A DNA stretch of 64,000 bases from Octopus sinensis (taxonomy: Eukaryota). Of the stretch, positions 27,300-38,711 are shown one piece after another. Both the position numbers and the translations under genes were made by a program. The stretch lies in the NCBI RefSeq assembly GCF_006345805.1, contig NC_043018.1:19406001-19470000 (forward strand), read 5' to 3'. Numbering within the stretch: the stretch's first letter is position 1; the number at the start of each line of letters is the position of its first letter. The notes under the pieces were generated by a model, which saw only the letters and a list, made by a program, of their open reading frames with translations, did no database searches and was not told the origin of the DNA.

Positions 27300-27403
27300 T
27301 AGGAACACCGACATTGCTAGAAATAAGAGCTAAAATGTTTTAATGCTTTGACTACAGCATTAGAGCAATTTAGCTCTTATTTCTAGCAATGTAGGTGTTT
27401 CTA
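27300..27403. repeat. ~104-bp near-perfect hairpin (palindromic MITE-like)
   Basis: acattgctagaaataagagctaaa pairs perfectly with tttagctcttatttctagcaatgt; pairing extends on both sides. Confidence 0.85.
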
Positions 27404-27434
27404 ACATGCTAGTCATATTCAGGGACAATTTTAT

Positions 27435-27895
27435 ATCAAAATCGAAACGAAAATGGAAGTCGTAGTTGTGGTCAATGCCAGTGCCACCTGACTGGCACCT
27501 GTGCTGGTGGAATGTAATAAGCACTGTTCAAGTGTGGGTCAATGACAGTGCCATCTGACAGGCTCCCCGTGCTGGTGGCACATAAAAAGTACCATCTGAA
27601 CGTGGTCAATACCATTTGAACGTAGTCAGTGCCAGTGCTGTCTGACTGGCTCCCCATGCTGGTGGTACTTAAAAAGCACCATCTGAACATGGTCAATGCT
27701 AGTGCCCCCAACTGGCTCCTGTGCTGGTGGCACGTAAAAAGCACCATCTGAATGTGGTCGATGCCAGTGCCACCTAACTGGCTCCCATGCCTGTAGCACA
27801 TAAAATCCACCCACTACACTCTCTGAGTGATTAGCGTTACGAAGGGCATCCAGCCTAGTGCAGCCTCCTGGCTTGCCAGTTCCTAGTCAAACTTT
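27435..27895 (+). mobile_element. S3 element with about 5 diverged ~66-bp internal units
   Basis: gtgctggtggcac.taaaaagcaccatctgaa units followed by gaagggcatccagc. Confidence 0.8.
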
Positions 27896-28453
27896 GCCTA
27901 ACAAATTATTTTATTTGCTAATTTAAAGTCAGAAACCATGGTCCAGGAAATAGATGGTAAATGTTTTTATTTTTCATTCCCTTCGAAATTTATCCCTAAT
28001 AGTGGTTTGGATTTTGGTTATTCCTTCTAGCGTGCCAGGATTCCTATGACGGATACCTCTTAATGTGTTTAAATGTACGCTGTATTTTATATGAATAATA
28101 TGAAGTCTATTGATTAATTTTTCTACATGCTAAGTCACTGGTAGTAAAAATTTCTATAATTTTTCTTACACTGATATTATTAATTATATACATATATATA
28201 TGTATATGTGTGTATATATTCTTTTATTTCTTTTTACTTGCTTCAATCATTTGACAGTGGCCATGCTGGAGCACCGCCTTTAGCTGAACAAATCGACCCC
28301 AGGAATTATTATTTGGAAGCCTAGTACTTATTCTATCAGTCTCTTCTGCTGAACCGCTAAGTTACAGGAACATAAACATCAGCTGACAAGTGATAGTAGG
28401 GAGACCATACATATATAAATATATATGTGCATATAAATATATATATATATATA

Positions 28454-28740
28454 ATGGCCCAGTGGTTAGGGCAGCGGACTCGCGGTTGTAGGATCGCGGT
28501 TTCGATTCCCAGACCGGGCGTTGTGAGTGTTTATTGAGCGGAAACACCTAAAAGCTCCACGAAGCTCCAGCAGGGGGTGGTGGTGATCCCTGCTGTACTC
28601 TTTCACCACTCTTTCTCCCACTCTTTCTTCTGTTGGCCTGCTCGCTTAGCCAGCGGGGTGGTGTCATTCGAAGGCTAAAAAACAATGCGAACGCATTGTG
28701 ACCAGCGATGTGTAACTATATCTGATGGACTGGTCGGTAA
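28454..28740 (+). mobile_element. tRNA-derived SINE (family S6 head)
   Basis: A box tggcccagtggtt, B box ggtttcgattccc; head shared with the 47510 and 51028 copies. Confidence 0.85.
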
Positions 28741-28781
28741 AAAAAAAAATATATATGTATATATATATATATATATATATA

Positions 28782-28816
<35 letters not shown>

Positions 28817-28823
28817 CATACAT

Positions 28824-29010
28824 CTGTAATTTTCTTGGATATACACTCGATAAACTATTATAATCCTGCAAAGTGAACCTAGGGATTACCCATCGGATGA
28901 AACACATTTGGGATTGCTTATCTCAAGTAATCCTAAGTGTTCCTTACCACTCAATGGGGTTAGCCATAACTTGGATTATAACTGTGTACTCGAACGGTTC
29001 CAGCTTGCAT
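28824..29010 (+). other. Conserved structured non-coding element, copy A
   Basis: Homologous to the reverse complement of 33215-33408; 16-bp hairpin at 28904-28940. Confidence 0.7.
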
Positions 29011-29369
29011 ACTTTAGCCATATATTTAGCCATACACACACACACACATACAAAAGGCTTCTTTCAGTTTCCATCTACCAAATCTGTTCACAAGACTTTT
29101 TTTCTGCTTGGGGCTAGAGTAGAAGACACTTGCCGGTGCACCATGCAGTGGGACTGAACCCGAGCCATTTGGTTGGGATGTAAACTTATAACACACTGTG
29201 ACATATATATATGTATATAATATAGATATATAATATATATATATATATATTATATTATATATAATATATACATTATATATATATGCATTAGATATATATA
29301 TGTATATAAACATATATATATATATATATACATATGCATACATACACCACATATGCAAGTGTGAAAAGC

Positions 29370-29411
<42 letters not shown>

Positions 29412-30190
29412 CACACATACAAATATGTGTATATATATATTTATTTGTGTGTGTGGAGAGAAGGAGATGGGGAGGGAGAGAGAGATAAATATGTACCCAC
29501 ACACATATATTATATTATATATATATATATATATATAAGTATATATATATATATATATATACATATTAGTACGTAAATATACATACATATTTATAATTAT
29601 ATTTATGCATTTGTATATGTGAGAGAAAGACCATGTGTATATGTATGCGTATGCGTATGTGTGTGTATGTGTGGTGTGTGTGTGTGTGGTGTGTGTGTGT
29701 GTGTGTGTGTGTGCACCTATCTATATCTACACACACCCAACTTGGAAGAGATAAAAAGTTTAGATTCACTTCCAAACTGTTAACAACAAGAGATTTGCTG
29801 ACAAGCTTTAACAGATAAATTTCTCTCTAACAACATTATTAATGTGTCTGTTTAGTCTCAATCTTGATATTACGTGTCAATTTATGTCCTGCTTCTGTGA
29901 TAGACAACACACACTGGCACTAGATAACTATGTAGTTGTAGGTATATATCACTTTTAATTATATTCACAATTATTAACATTACAAACGCAATAATCGTGT
30001 AATCAGAAGTAAAGCTTGTAATGTGTTGCTATGACATTACAATGCAGTCAAAGGCAGGTCTCACTGTCTATCTATCTGTCTATCTGTCTGTCTATCTGTC
30101 TATCTGTCTGTCTCACTTTCTATATATATTAATATATATATATATATATATACATACATATACATATACATATATATATATGCATATCTA

Positions 30191-30237
<47 letters not shown>

Positions 30238-30275
30238 ATATATATATATATAATATCTATACACATATACATATA

Positions 30276-30316
<41 letters not shown>

Positions 30317-30487
30317 GCATATACATATACATATATATGCTGCTTCTTGCTTAAGATCGCAACACACAACTTAGCCCAGGAATTGAACTGAAAACCTCAT
30401 GTATGTAAGCCTGATGCTCAAACCACTGATCCATGCACCTTCACACACACACACACACACACACCACACACACACACGCACGCACAC

Positions 30488-30893
30488 AAACTTTTCGAAA
30501 ATTTTCACCGAAACTTTTCGAAAATTTTCACCGAAAATTTTCCTCAAAAATTTTTCGAAAGTTTTCACTGAAAATTTTCTCGAAAAATTTTTCGAAAATT
30601 TTCCCCCAAAATTTTTCACCGATTTTGGCACCGCTGGCCTTCCATACTTTGTGATTTTGACACCGCTGGCCTTCCATACTTTGTGATTTTGGCACCGCTG
30701 GCCTTCCATACTTTGTGATTTTGGCACCGCTGGCCTTCCATACTTTGTGATTTTGGCACTGCTGACCTTGTAATTTTTCAAAAATTTTCACCAAAAATTT
30801 TCCCCAAGAATTTTACGAAAATTTTCACCGAAAATTTTCGCCAAAAGTTTTTCGAAAAGTTTCCCCAAAAATTTTTCGAAAATTTTACCCAAA
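30488..30893. repeat. 32-bp tandem repeat (about 4.5 copies) flanked by cgaaaattttc-type palindromic runs
   Basis: Unit ttttggcaccgctggccttccatactttgtga at ~30622-30768. Confidence 0.9.
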
Positions 30894-31389
30894 AAACAAT
30901 ATAGCATCAGTAGTCCCTCTCCTCGGCACAAAACCACCCACACACACATACCTGTCCATGTCACAGCCATTCATTTTATGGAAAACAGCAAACCAATTGT
31001 CTCTGAAAGTTGCTCTTTTGAGAGATTTTGTTTCATTTTTATATCGTGTATAGGATTTATTATCAAACCAACTCTCACATCTCTGCTCCGTCGTAACACT
31101 CCATGAATTCATTGGAAAGTTTATTTGCTCGTTTCTTAATCCAGAAAGATTTGTTAAAGAATAATAAGGACTTTCTTGCATTCATTATAATAATGAAATC
31201 GATCGACATTCTACAGCTGTGTTGTGTGTGTTTTTACCAAATGCTTAAAGCTATCAGATGACTTTTTAAAATATCAACCTGAGCGAATGCAGCACTGTTC
31301 GATTTGAATTTTTATTTTTATGCCGCTTGAAAGTGACACCATTGTATTCCTATTATCCAAGTTTTTCTGAATCTTAGTTATTCATTTAT

Positions 31390-31433
<44 letters not shown>

Positions 31434-31454
31434 ATACATATAAAGGGTGAAATA

Positions 31455-31966
31455 TCTATATATATAAAACTCTAGTTGTGTGAGTGTCTGTCTCCTACGA
31501 TTTAGATTCCTAACTCCTCCCACATTTTGCGGTGCAGTTTAACCAAATTCGGGTATCTTATAGTCGTGATTCATATCGAGCCCGTCTGCCTATTAGCGCG
31601 TGTCAACGATGAGTCTACGATTTTAAAAATAATTTAACATAATTTTTTATTCCATTTTAATGCATAAAATGCATCATGTGTCGACGGCGGCGGAGTTGGC
31701 GTCCACGCTCACAGCTGCACCTGTTTGCTTCTCCCCCTTCCCTCCCTCGTGAAGCTGTGGGGAAGGGAGTGTAAAGAAATCAACGTCGTAATGCATTGTG
31801 AAGGAGACCAGCGTTCTTTTAGAACAACGACTTCATGGCTCGAAGACACCAAAACAAAAATGGTTAAGAAAGCCCGAATTGGCATCTATAAGGGAAGTAA
31901 CTCTCTAAAAATGCTTATATAGTTATTTCCCTTACAAACCCGAGCAACGCCGGGCGATACTGCTAG
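31455..31966 (+). mobile_element. Non-autonomous Helitron
   Basis: 5' TCTATATATATAAAA, subterminal hairpin cccgagcaacgccggg, 3' CTAG, inserted between A and T with no TSD. Confidence 0.88.
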
Positions 31967-32191
31967 TAATTAATATAATTACAAAGACTTATTTTTGTAG
32001 TAATAGTAATAGTAACCTATTTGGCTGCTATTTCTAATATTTTCGGTATGTGGTTTAAGCAACTTATTGCAGATAACCCTTTATTATAATATGGATGCCC
32101 TTCCTAACGCCATATATAGATGGATAGATATAAACTAAGAGAGAAGATGGATATGAGATTAATAAAAGTTTATTAACACATTGACAAGACC

Positions 32192-32305
32192 AAACCTACA
32201 ATTGTTTCAATTCCTCACTTGCAGCATAAAACTCAACCAAATTTAATTTAATTTAACTAAATCAATTTAGTTAATTACTACAAGTGAGAATAGCTTCAGA
32301 GAAGG
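32192..32305 (-). ncRNA. Degenerate type-I hammerhead motif with a long stem II
   Basis: Minus strand CUGAAG(c)...auucucacuuguag/cugcaagugaggaau...GAAAC-AAUU-GUA; palindromic helix III; A9 substituted, stem I weak. Confidence 0.55.
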
Positions 32306-32329
32306 ACGTACAAAGAAATACGTGTGCTT

Positions 32330-32361
<32 letters not shown>

Positions 32362-32365
<4 letters not shown>

Positions 32366-32955
32366 ATTTATTTTACTAAGCCCTTTTATATAATGTAATA
32401 ATTTGAATTCACCTTAAATGGTCCCCTTGCATACTGAATACTTGGTGAAATTGATTAATAATTAATTAATTTTACCCTCAATTGTTGAAATTATAATTCA
32501 TCTCTCTCTATTTAATGCCTCGGATTTTACCGAAAAAAGCATAGTGTTTACTGATTTTAACCCACGCTGGTGGAAAGGGGAGAGCAGAAATTCTTCGCTT
32601 GCATATTTGAGTTTGCTGGCACTGTTAGTTTCGAGCAGATCTTCAGAAGCGATAAGAAGCCGAAAGGGTATGCTCCCACTTTCAGTGTTTTCAAATCCAA
32701 ACCAAGGAGTTCTGAGCTGATGATAGAAATGTCGAGTTGACTAATCTTGAAACGTACGTTCTCAAATAACCTTTGCATTTGATTTTTTAATGTCTTTACC
32801 CCCATACTTTCGTGAATTGAATTGAGCAAACACTATATGAGAGAGGTTTTCTTTAAGTATTAGAAATAGTTTTAAAAAAGTTTTTTTTAGCTACTATTTC
32901 TAATGAGTTCAGTATGCGGCAAAGTAATTTATTTTACTAAGCCCTTTTATATAAT
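32362..32955 (+). mobile_element. 561-bp terminally redundant, hammerhead-bearing element (retrozyme-like or non-autonomous Penelope-like)
   Basis: 33-bp direct repeat at 32362-32394 and 32923-32955; (TA)n on both flanks; nested complementary blocks. Confidence 0.7.
32713..32764 (+). ncRNA. Type-I hammerhead ribozyme
   Basis: ugag-CUGAUGA-[imperfect stem II aga..guc/gac..ucu]-GAAAC-GUAC-GUU-cuca; stem I ugag/cuca; palindromic helix III acguacgu; predicted cleavage after U32760. Confidence 0.78.
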
Positions 32956-33120
32956 ATATATATATATATATATATCATCATCATCATCATCGTTTAATGT
33001 CCATTTTTCAGTACTAGCACGGGTTGGACGGTTTGACTGGGGTCTGGGAAGCCAGGCAGCTGCACCAGGCTCCAGTCTGATCGGGCAGTGTTTCTACAGC
33101 TGGATGCCCTTCCTAACGCC

Positions 33121-33178
<58 letters not shown>

Positions 33179-33214
33179 TGTATATATATATATATTCAGT
33201 GAAGAGATGGGTGT

Positions 33215-33408
33215 AATATATCCAGGCAGGTACTGTTCAAGTACTGTCGTATAATCCAAGTTATGGCTAACTCCATTGAGTGGTAAGGAACACTTAGGAT
33301 TACTTGAGTTAAGCAATCCCAAATGTATCTTATCCATTGGGTAAATCCTGGGTTCGCTTCGCTGGATTATAGATAATTTATCGAATATATATCCAAGACA
33401 TTTGCAGT
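33215..33408 (-). other. Conserved structured non-coding element, copy B
   Basis: 75/77 nt identical to the 28904-28980 core; flanks more diverged. Confidence 0.7.
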
Positions 33409-33722
33409 AAATACGGATATTATTACATCGTTTTTCATTTCTACTGTCAGTTATACACCATGTTTGAGTTAAATGTGTCCGACGCACGTTTCTGCTGCAT
33501 AGATATCTCCCAGTTGCATTTCCATCCAGTAATGTGGCTGGACCTTGAAGGAAGTTACATGGGCTAATAATCAGATTAATGTAACTGTGTGCAAATGCTG
33601 TTGTGAAATGTCTATGCATCAGAAACGTGTGTTGGACACATTTAAATCGAATATGCTGTGCAATTGACTGTAGAAGTAAAAAATATGCAGATATGTTAAT
33701 ATTTGTATTCATTGTAATTGTT
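33397..33722 (+). other. ~325-nt long imperfect hairpin
   Basis: Arms 33469-33506 and 33608-33645 pair at 37/38 positions; pairing continues outward. Confidence 0.85.
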
Positions 33723-33759
33723 TTTATGTGTGTGTGTTTGTCTGTCTGTCTGTGCACGT

Positions 33760-34088
33760 ATCATCATCGTTATCATCATCATCATCGTTATCATCATCAT
33801 CATTTAACATCCGCTTTCCATGCTGGCATGGGTCGGACGGTTCGAATGAGAACTGATGAACAAGAAGGCTGCACCAGGCTCAATCTAACCTGGCAAAGTT
33901 TCTACAGCTGGATGTCCTTCCTAACGTCAACTGCTCTGAGAGTGTAGTGGGTGCTTTTATGTGCCAACAGCATGGGGGCCAGTCAGGCGGTTCTGGCAAC
34001 GACCACGCTCAAAAGGTGCTTTTTACGTGCTACCTGCATGTGAGCCAGTCCGGTGGCACTGGCAATGACCACGCTTGAATGGTGCATT
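33760..34088 (-). mobile_element. S3 element with 2 internal units
   Basis: Matches the other S3 copies. Confidence 0.8.
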
Positions 34089-34089
34089 T

Positions 34090-34181
<92 letters not shown>

Positions 34182-34357
34182 AATATAAGGATAAAAATCA
34201 CGTTAATGATTTTTGTCAGTGAGTCAGTAAGCTATAAAAATTTATAGGCAAATACATGAGTATATTTGGCTGGAGTATTTGGTTGTTTTTTGAAGGAATC
34301 GCCACTTCAAACATGCTGGAGACAGGTCGTTTTCACCCTTGCCCCCTTGATATAAAG

Positions 34358-35092
34358 CACCACCAGCACCACCATCACCAACACCAACCACCGCCACTAC
34401 GACCACCATCACTACTACCATCACCATCACCACTACTACTACCACCAGCACCACTGACACCACCAACACTACCACCACTGCCACAACCACCATAACACTT
34501 GCAAAGTGTTACCAACATACTACCAACACCACCACCACCACCACCACCACCACCAACACCACAACTACCATCACCACACCCCTACCATCATTAGTACTGC
34601 CATGACACACACATGCACACATATACACCAATGCCAGCATCACAACTACAACCACCACCACTACTACTACTACTACCACCACCACTAGCACCACCATTAC
34701 AACAATTGCCTCTACCACCATCACCACCACCAGTGTCATAACCATTGTCACACATAGTGCCACTAAAACACTACAACTACACCAACACTGCCACCACCAC
34801 TACCACTACAACAACCACCACAACAAATCAGCATCACAACGGTATCATCATTATCCACCACCACCACCACCACCACCACCACCACCACCACCACCACCAC
34901 CACCACCATCACAATCACCACCATCATCACAACCACGAAAACCAACAGCTACTACATCACTATCATCCCTATAAAAAAAAAGCCATCACCACCACCAACA
35001 CCATCAACTACCACCACCACCACCACCACCACCACCACCACCAATAACTATCACTATCCCACCATCTCCACAAACTACCATCACCCCCCCCC
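34358..35092. repeat. (CAC)n degenerate array
   Basis: Directly visible. Confidence 0.95.
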
Positions 35093-35260
35093 ACCTGTTA
35101 GTAGTCAAAGGGTACCATTAAAACTATTCCCTGGAAAATATTAATAGCAATATATCAAAGTAAAGACTAACACCACTCTAGTTTTGTGTATATTCTGTGA
35201 AATATTACAGATTGCAAAACTTCTACCAATAATGGACACATTTTGTGTTGGGGAGGTGGA

Positions 35261-35360
35261 NNNNNNNNNNNNNNNNNNNNNNNNNNNNNNNNNNNNNNNN
35301 NNNNNNNNNNNNNNNNNNNNNNNNNNNNNNNNNNNNNNNNNNNNNNNNNNNNNNNNNNNN
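35261..35360. other. Assembly gap (100 N)
   Basis: Run of n; true size unknown. Confidence 1.
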
Positions 35361-35519
35361 ATGGCTTCATCTCTTGCCATCATTTATTTAATCTCTCAAT
35401 CTCTTTCAATATCTATATTATCTCGATGCTTTTTAGCCATATATATATATATATGTATGTTTGTATGTATCTATCTGTCTATCTATCCATCTATCTATCC
35501 ATCTATCTATCTATCTATC

Positions 35520-35550
<31 letters not shown>

Positions 35551-35567
35551 CTATCTATATCTATCTT

Positions 35568-35630
<63 letters not shown>

Positions 35631-35717
35631 GTCTATCTATCATTCTATTTAGCTGTGTAGGTGATCTACCCTCTTTGTTTTTTTACTTGTCTGTCTGTCA
35701 AATTATATATATATATG

Positions 35718-35761
<44 letters not shown>

Positions 35762-35764
35762 GAG

Positions 35765-36110
35765 CTGGTGTTGATGTGTGGTAAGAAGCTTGCTTATCAA
35801 CCACATGGTTCCAGGTTCAGTCCCACTGCGTGGCACCTTGGGCAAGTATCTTCTACTATAGCCTCGGGCCGACCAAAGCCTTGTGACTGGATTTGGTGGA
35901 TGGAAACTGAAAGAAGCCCATCGTGCATGTATGTGTGTGTTTGTTTGTCCCTCTCCCACCACCACCAATTGTGTTGCTGTGTTTGCATCACCATAACTTA
36001 GCAGTTTGGCAAAAGAGACTGATAGAATCAGTACTCAACATTTATTCGACTAAAGCCCTTTCAGGCAGTGCCCCAGCATGGCCACAGTCTAATGACTGAA
36101 ACAAGGAGAA
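35765..36110 (+). mobile_element. SINE S1
   Basis: Matches the other S1 copies. Confidence 0.85.
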
Positions 36111-36449
36111 GATGAAGGATAGGCAGATGCATATACATCTATATATATATTCTGTTTATCTATCTTTCTGTCTATTTCTCTCTCTCTCTCTCTTTCTTTC
36201 TTTCTCTCTCTCTCTCTATCTCTCTCTATCTATCAATCTATCTGCCTCTCTGTCTTTTCATTCATCCCTCAGTCCATCCATCTCTCTGTGTGTGTCCATC
36301 CGTCTGTCTGTCCATGTCTTTAGCCATTCTTTTCTGTCTGTCTGTCTGTCTCTCTCTCGCTCTCGTCCCCCCCCCACCACTCCACCCTGTTTCTGAAAGT
36401 TTATGACTGAATCTTAGAAAAATAGAAGATGCGTTTTAGTATCTGAGAT

Positions 36450-37075
36450 TGGAGAAAAAAAGACAGGAAGCGGAAGGAAATAAGGAAAGGAAAGAAAGGA
36501 GAGGAAGGAGGAAAAGAAAGAAAGAAGGAAAGAAAGAAGGAAGGAAAGAAGGAAAGAAGAAAACAATGAAAGAAAGAAGGAAACAAAGAAAGAGAGAAAA
36601 GGAAAGGAGAGAAAGAGAGAAAGGAGAGAGAGAAAGAAGAAAAAGAGAAAAAACAAAAAGAAAGAGAAAAAGAAAGAAAGATAGAAAGAAAGAAGGAAAA
36701 AATGAAAGAAAGAAGGAAGCAAAGAAAGAGAGAAAAGGAAAGGAGAGAAAGAGAGAGAAACAAAAAGAGAGAAAGAAGGAAAAGAGAGAGAAACAAAAAG
36801 AGAGAAAGAAGGAAAAGAGAGCAAGAAAGAAAAAGAGAAGAGAAAGACATAAAGAAGGAAACGAAGGAGAGTGGAGAAAGAGAAAGAGAAAAATGAAAAA
36901 CTGAGAAAGAGAGAAAGAAAGAAGAAAAGGAGAAATATTGAATGGAGAAATAGAAAGAAAGAGAGAAAGAAAGAAGGAAAGGTGAAATCATGAAAGAGGA
37001 AGAAATAGAAAGAAAAAGAGAAAGGAAGAAGGAAGGAAGAAAAGAAAGAAGGAAGGAAAGAAAGAAAAAATTAAA
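36450..37075. repeat. Polypurine (GAAA/GA)n tract
   Basis: Directly visible. Confidence 0.95.
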
Positions 37076-37294
37076 GAAGGAGTTTTTTGAGGAATCTTCA
37101 CTAGGTTTTGGCTCCAACCCAAAGCAACTTATTTACATTGTTTAATTGTCTGAAATTGATTCCTGGAAGTGAAATGGTGAAGAAATGGTAAAGTTTTAGG
37201 GTTGGAATCAGTGAGATGTGGATGTTATTCCATATTGCAGGAAGTAATGGCTATATTTTCAGCGATGAGGTCGGATATGAGTAGGTCAACTTAT

Positions 37295-37785
37295 ACTACT
37301 ACTACCACTACTACTACTACTACTACAATCACCATGATTATGCATATAACCACCACCACCACCATGACAAAGACAACCAACACCACCACAATGATGATGA
37401 TGACAATGATGACCACCACTACCAACACCACCACCAGCATGAGTTAACATCACCACCACCACCACCACACAACAATACCACCACCTCCACCACCACTACC
37501 ACCAACACCACCACCACCACCACCACTACCACCACCACCAACACCACCACCACCTCCACCACCACTACCACCACCACCACCAACAACCACTACCACCAAC
37601 ACCACCACCAACACCACCAACACCACCACCACTACCAACACCACGACCACCACCTCCATCACCAGCACCACTAACAACAACAACACCACCACTAACACCA
37701 CCACCACAACCACAACCACTACCACCAACACCAACACCACGACCACCACCTCCACCATCAGCACCACCACCACCACCACCACCAG
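37295..37785. repeat. (CAC/CAA)n array
   Basis: Directly visible. Confidence 0.95.
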
Positions 37786-38711
37786 CTTGCTCCCCATTCC
37801 CCCAAAGAAAGTGATAAATACTGTCACCTCGGCTCCTTCTAAACCAAAAACCTGCACAATACAACCCTGCCCATCACCACCAAAACACACCCACATTTTT
37901 CTCCTATATATTCTTCGTTCTTCTGAGATTTAATATAAATTTTCTGCCGCCGGTAAGTTCACAATCGGAATTTATATTCCGAATAATGGAAGGAAATTAA
38001 ATGACAAACTCCAAGACTATTCCGAAAATTAACTCCGTCCTTTTATTTATTTTCACAAGTAAATTTCAATTAATGTTGAAAAATTTATTTTTTTTTGTAG
38101 AAATAATTCCAAGATTCTACACTTTGATTAAACAGACAAACAAACAAAAAAACAAAGGAAAAAAAGAATAAATAAATAAATAAATAAATACACAGATGAC
38201 AAGAAATAATGGAAAAAGAAGGAAAACATGAAAGACGAAAAAACAAAAGCGTAAAAGTGGAATTTGGTAAAAATGTTCTTAGAATTTCTATTAGAATTAA
38301 TGAAATATGCATTGGTTGTTTTTTTTAGTTGTTTATTTTTTTATTTACGTAATTTGGAAATATAACAATGGTTTTTACCGCTTTTCAATAAATCCTTTAA
38401 CTCTATAAACATGGAATTCTGCGATGTTTTTGCTGTTGTTGATAACGATATTGTGAGACCTAAAAACAACGATGCGAAGCTAAATTGCTGTATCGTTTTA
38501 ATTAGCTGTTTTCTAGGTTATCATGAAAGTGCTGGCATAGCCATATGGTTAAGAAGTTTGCTTCACAGCTGTACGGTTCCAAGTTCAGGTCCACTCTAAG
38601 GTACCATAGGTAGGTGTTTTCTGCTGTGCTCATGGGTCGACCAATGCTTTTTGAATAAATTTGGTAAAAAGAAAACTGTGTGGAATCCCATCTTTTCCTC
38701 TCAAGCATTAC

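Noticed and set aside
28454-28530. tRNA-like sequences (also at 3841 and 51028)
   Set aside because: They are SINE heads with A/B boxes continuing into the repeat body, without a complete cloverleaf.
32557-32829. 90-aa minus-strand ORF inside the 561-bp unit
   Set aside because: Non-ATG start and no recognisable motif; worth revisiting only if conserved across family copies.
33113-33757. 214-aa ORF sharing a peptide with ORF 28908..29117
   Set aside because: It starts and ends in microsatellites; the homologous copy has a frameshifting indel and mostly non-synonymous changes, so conservation is at the nucleotide or structure level.
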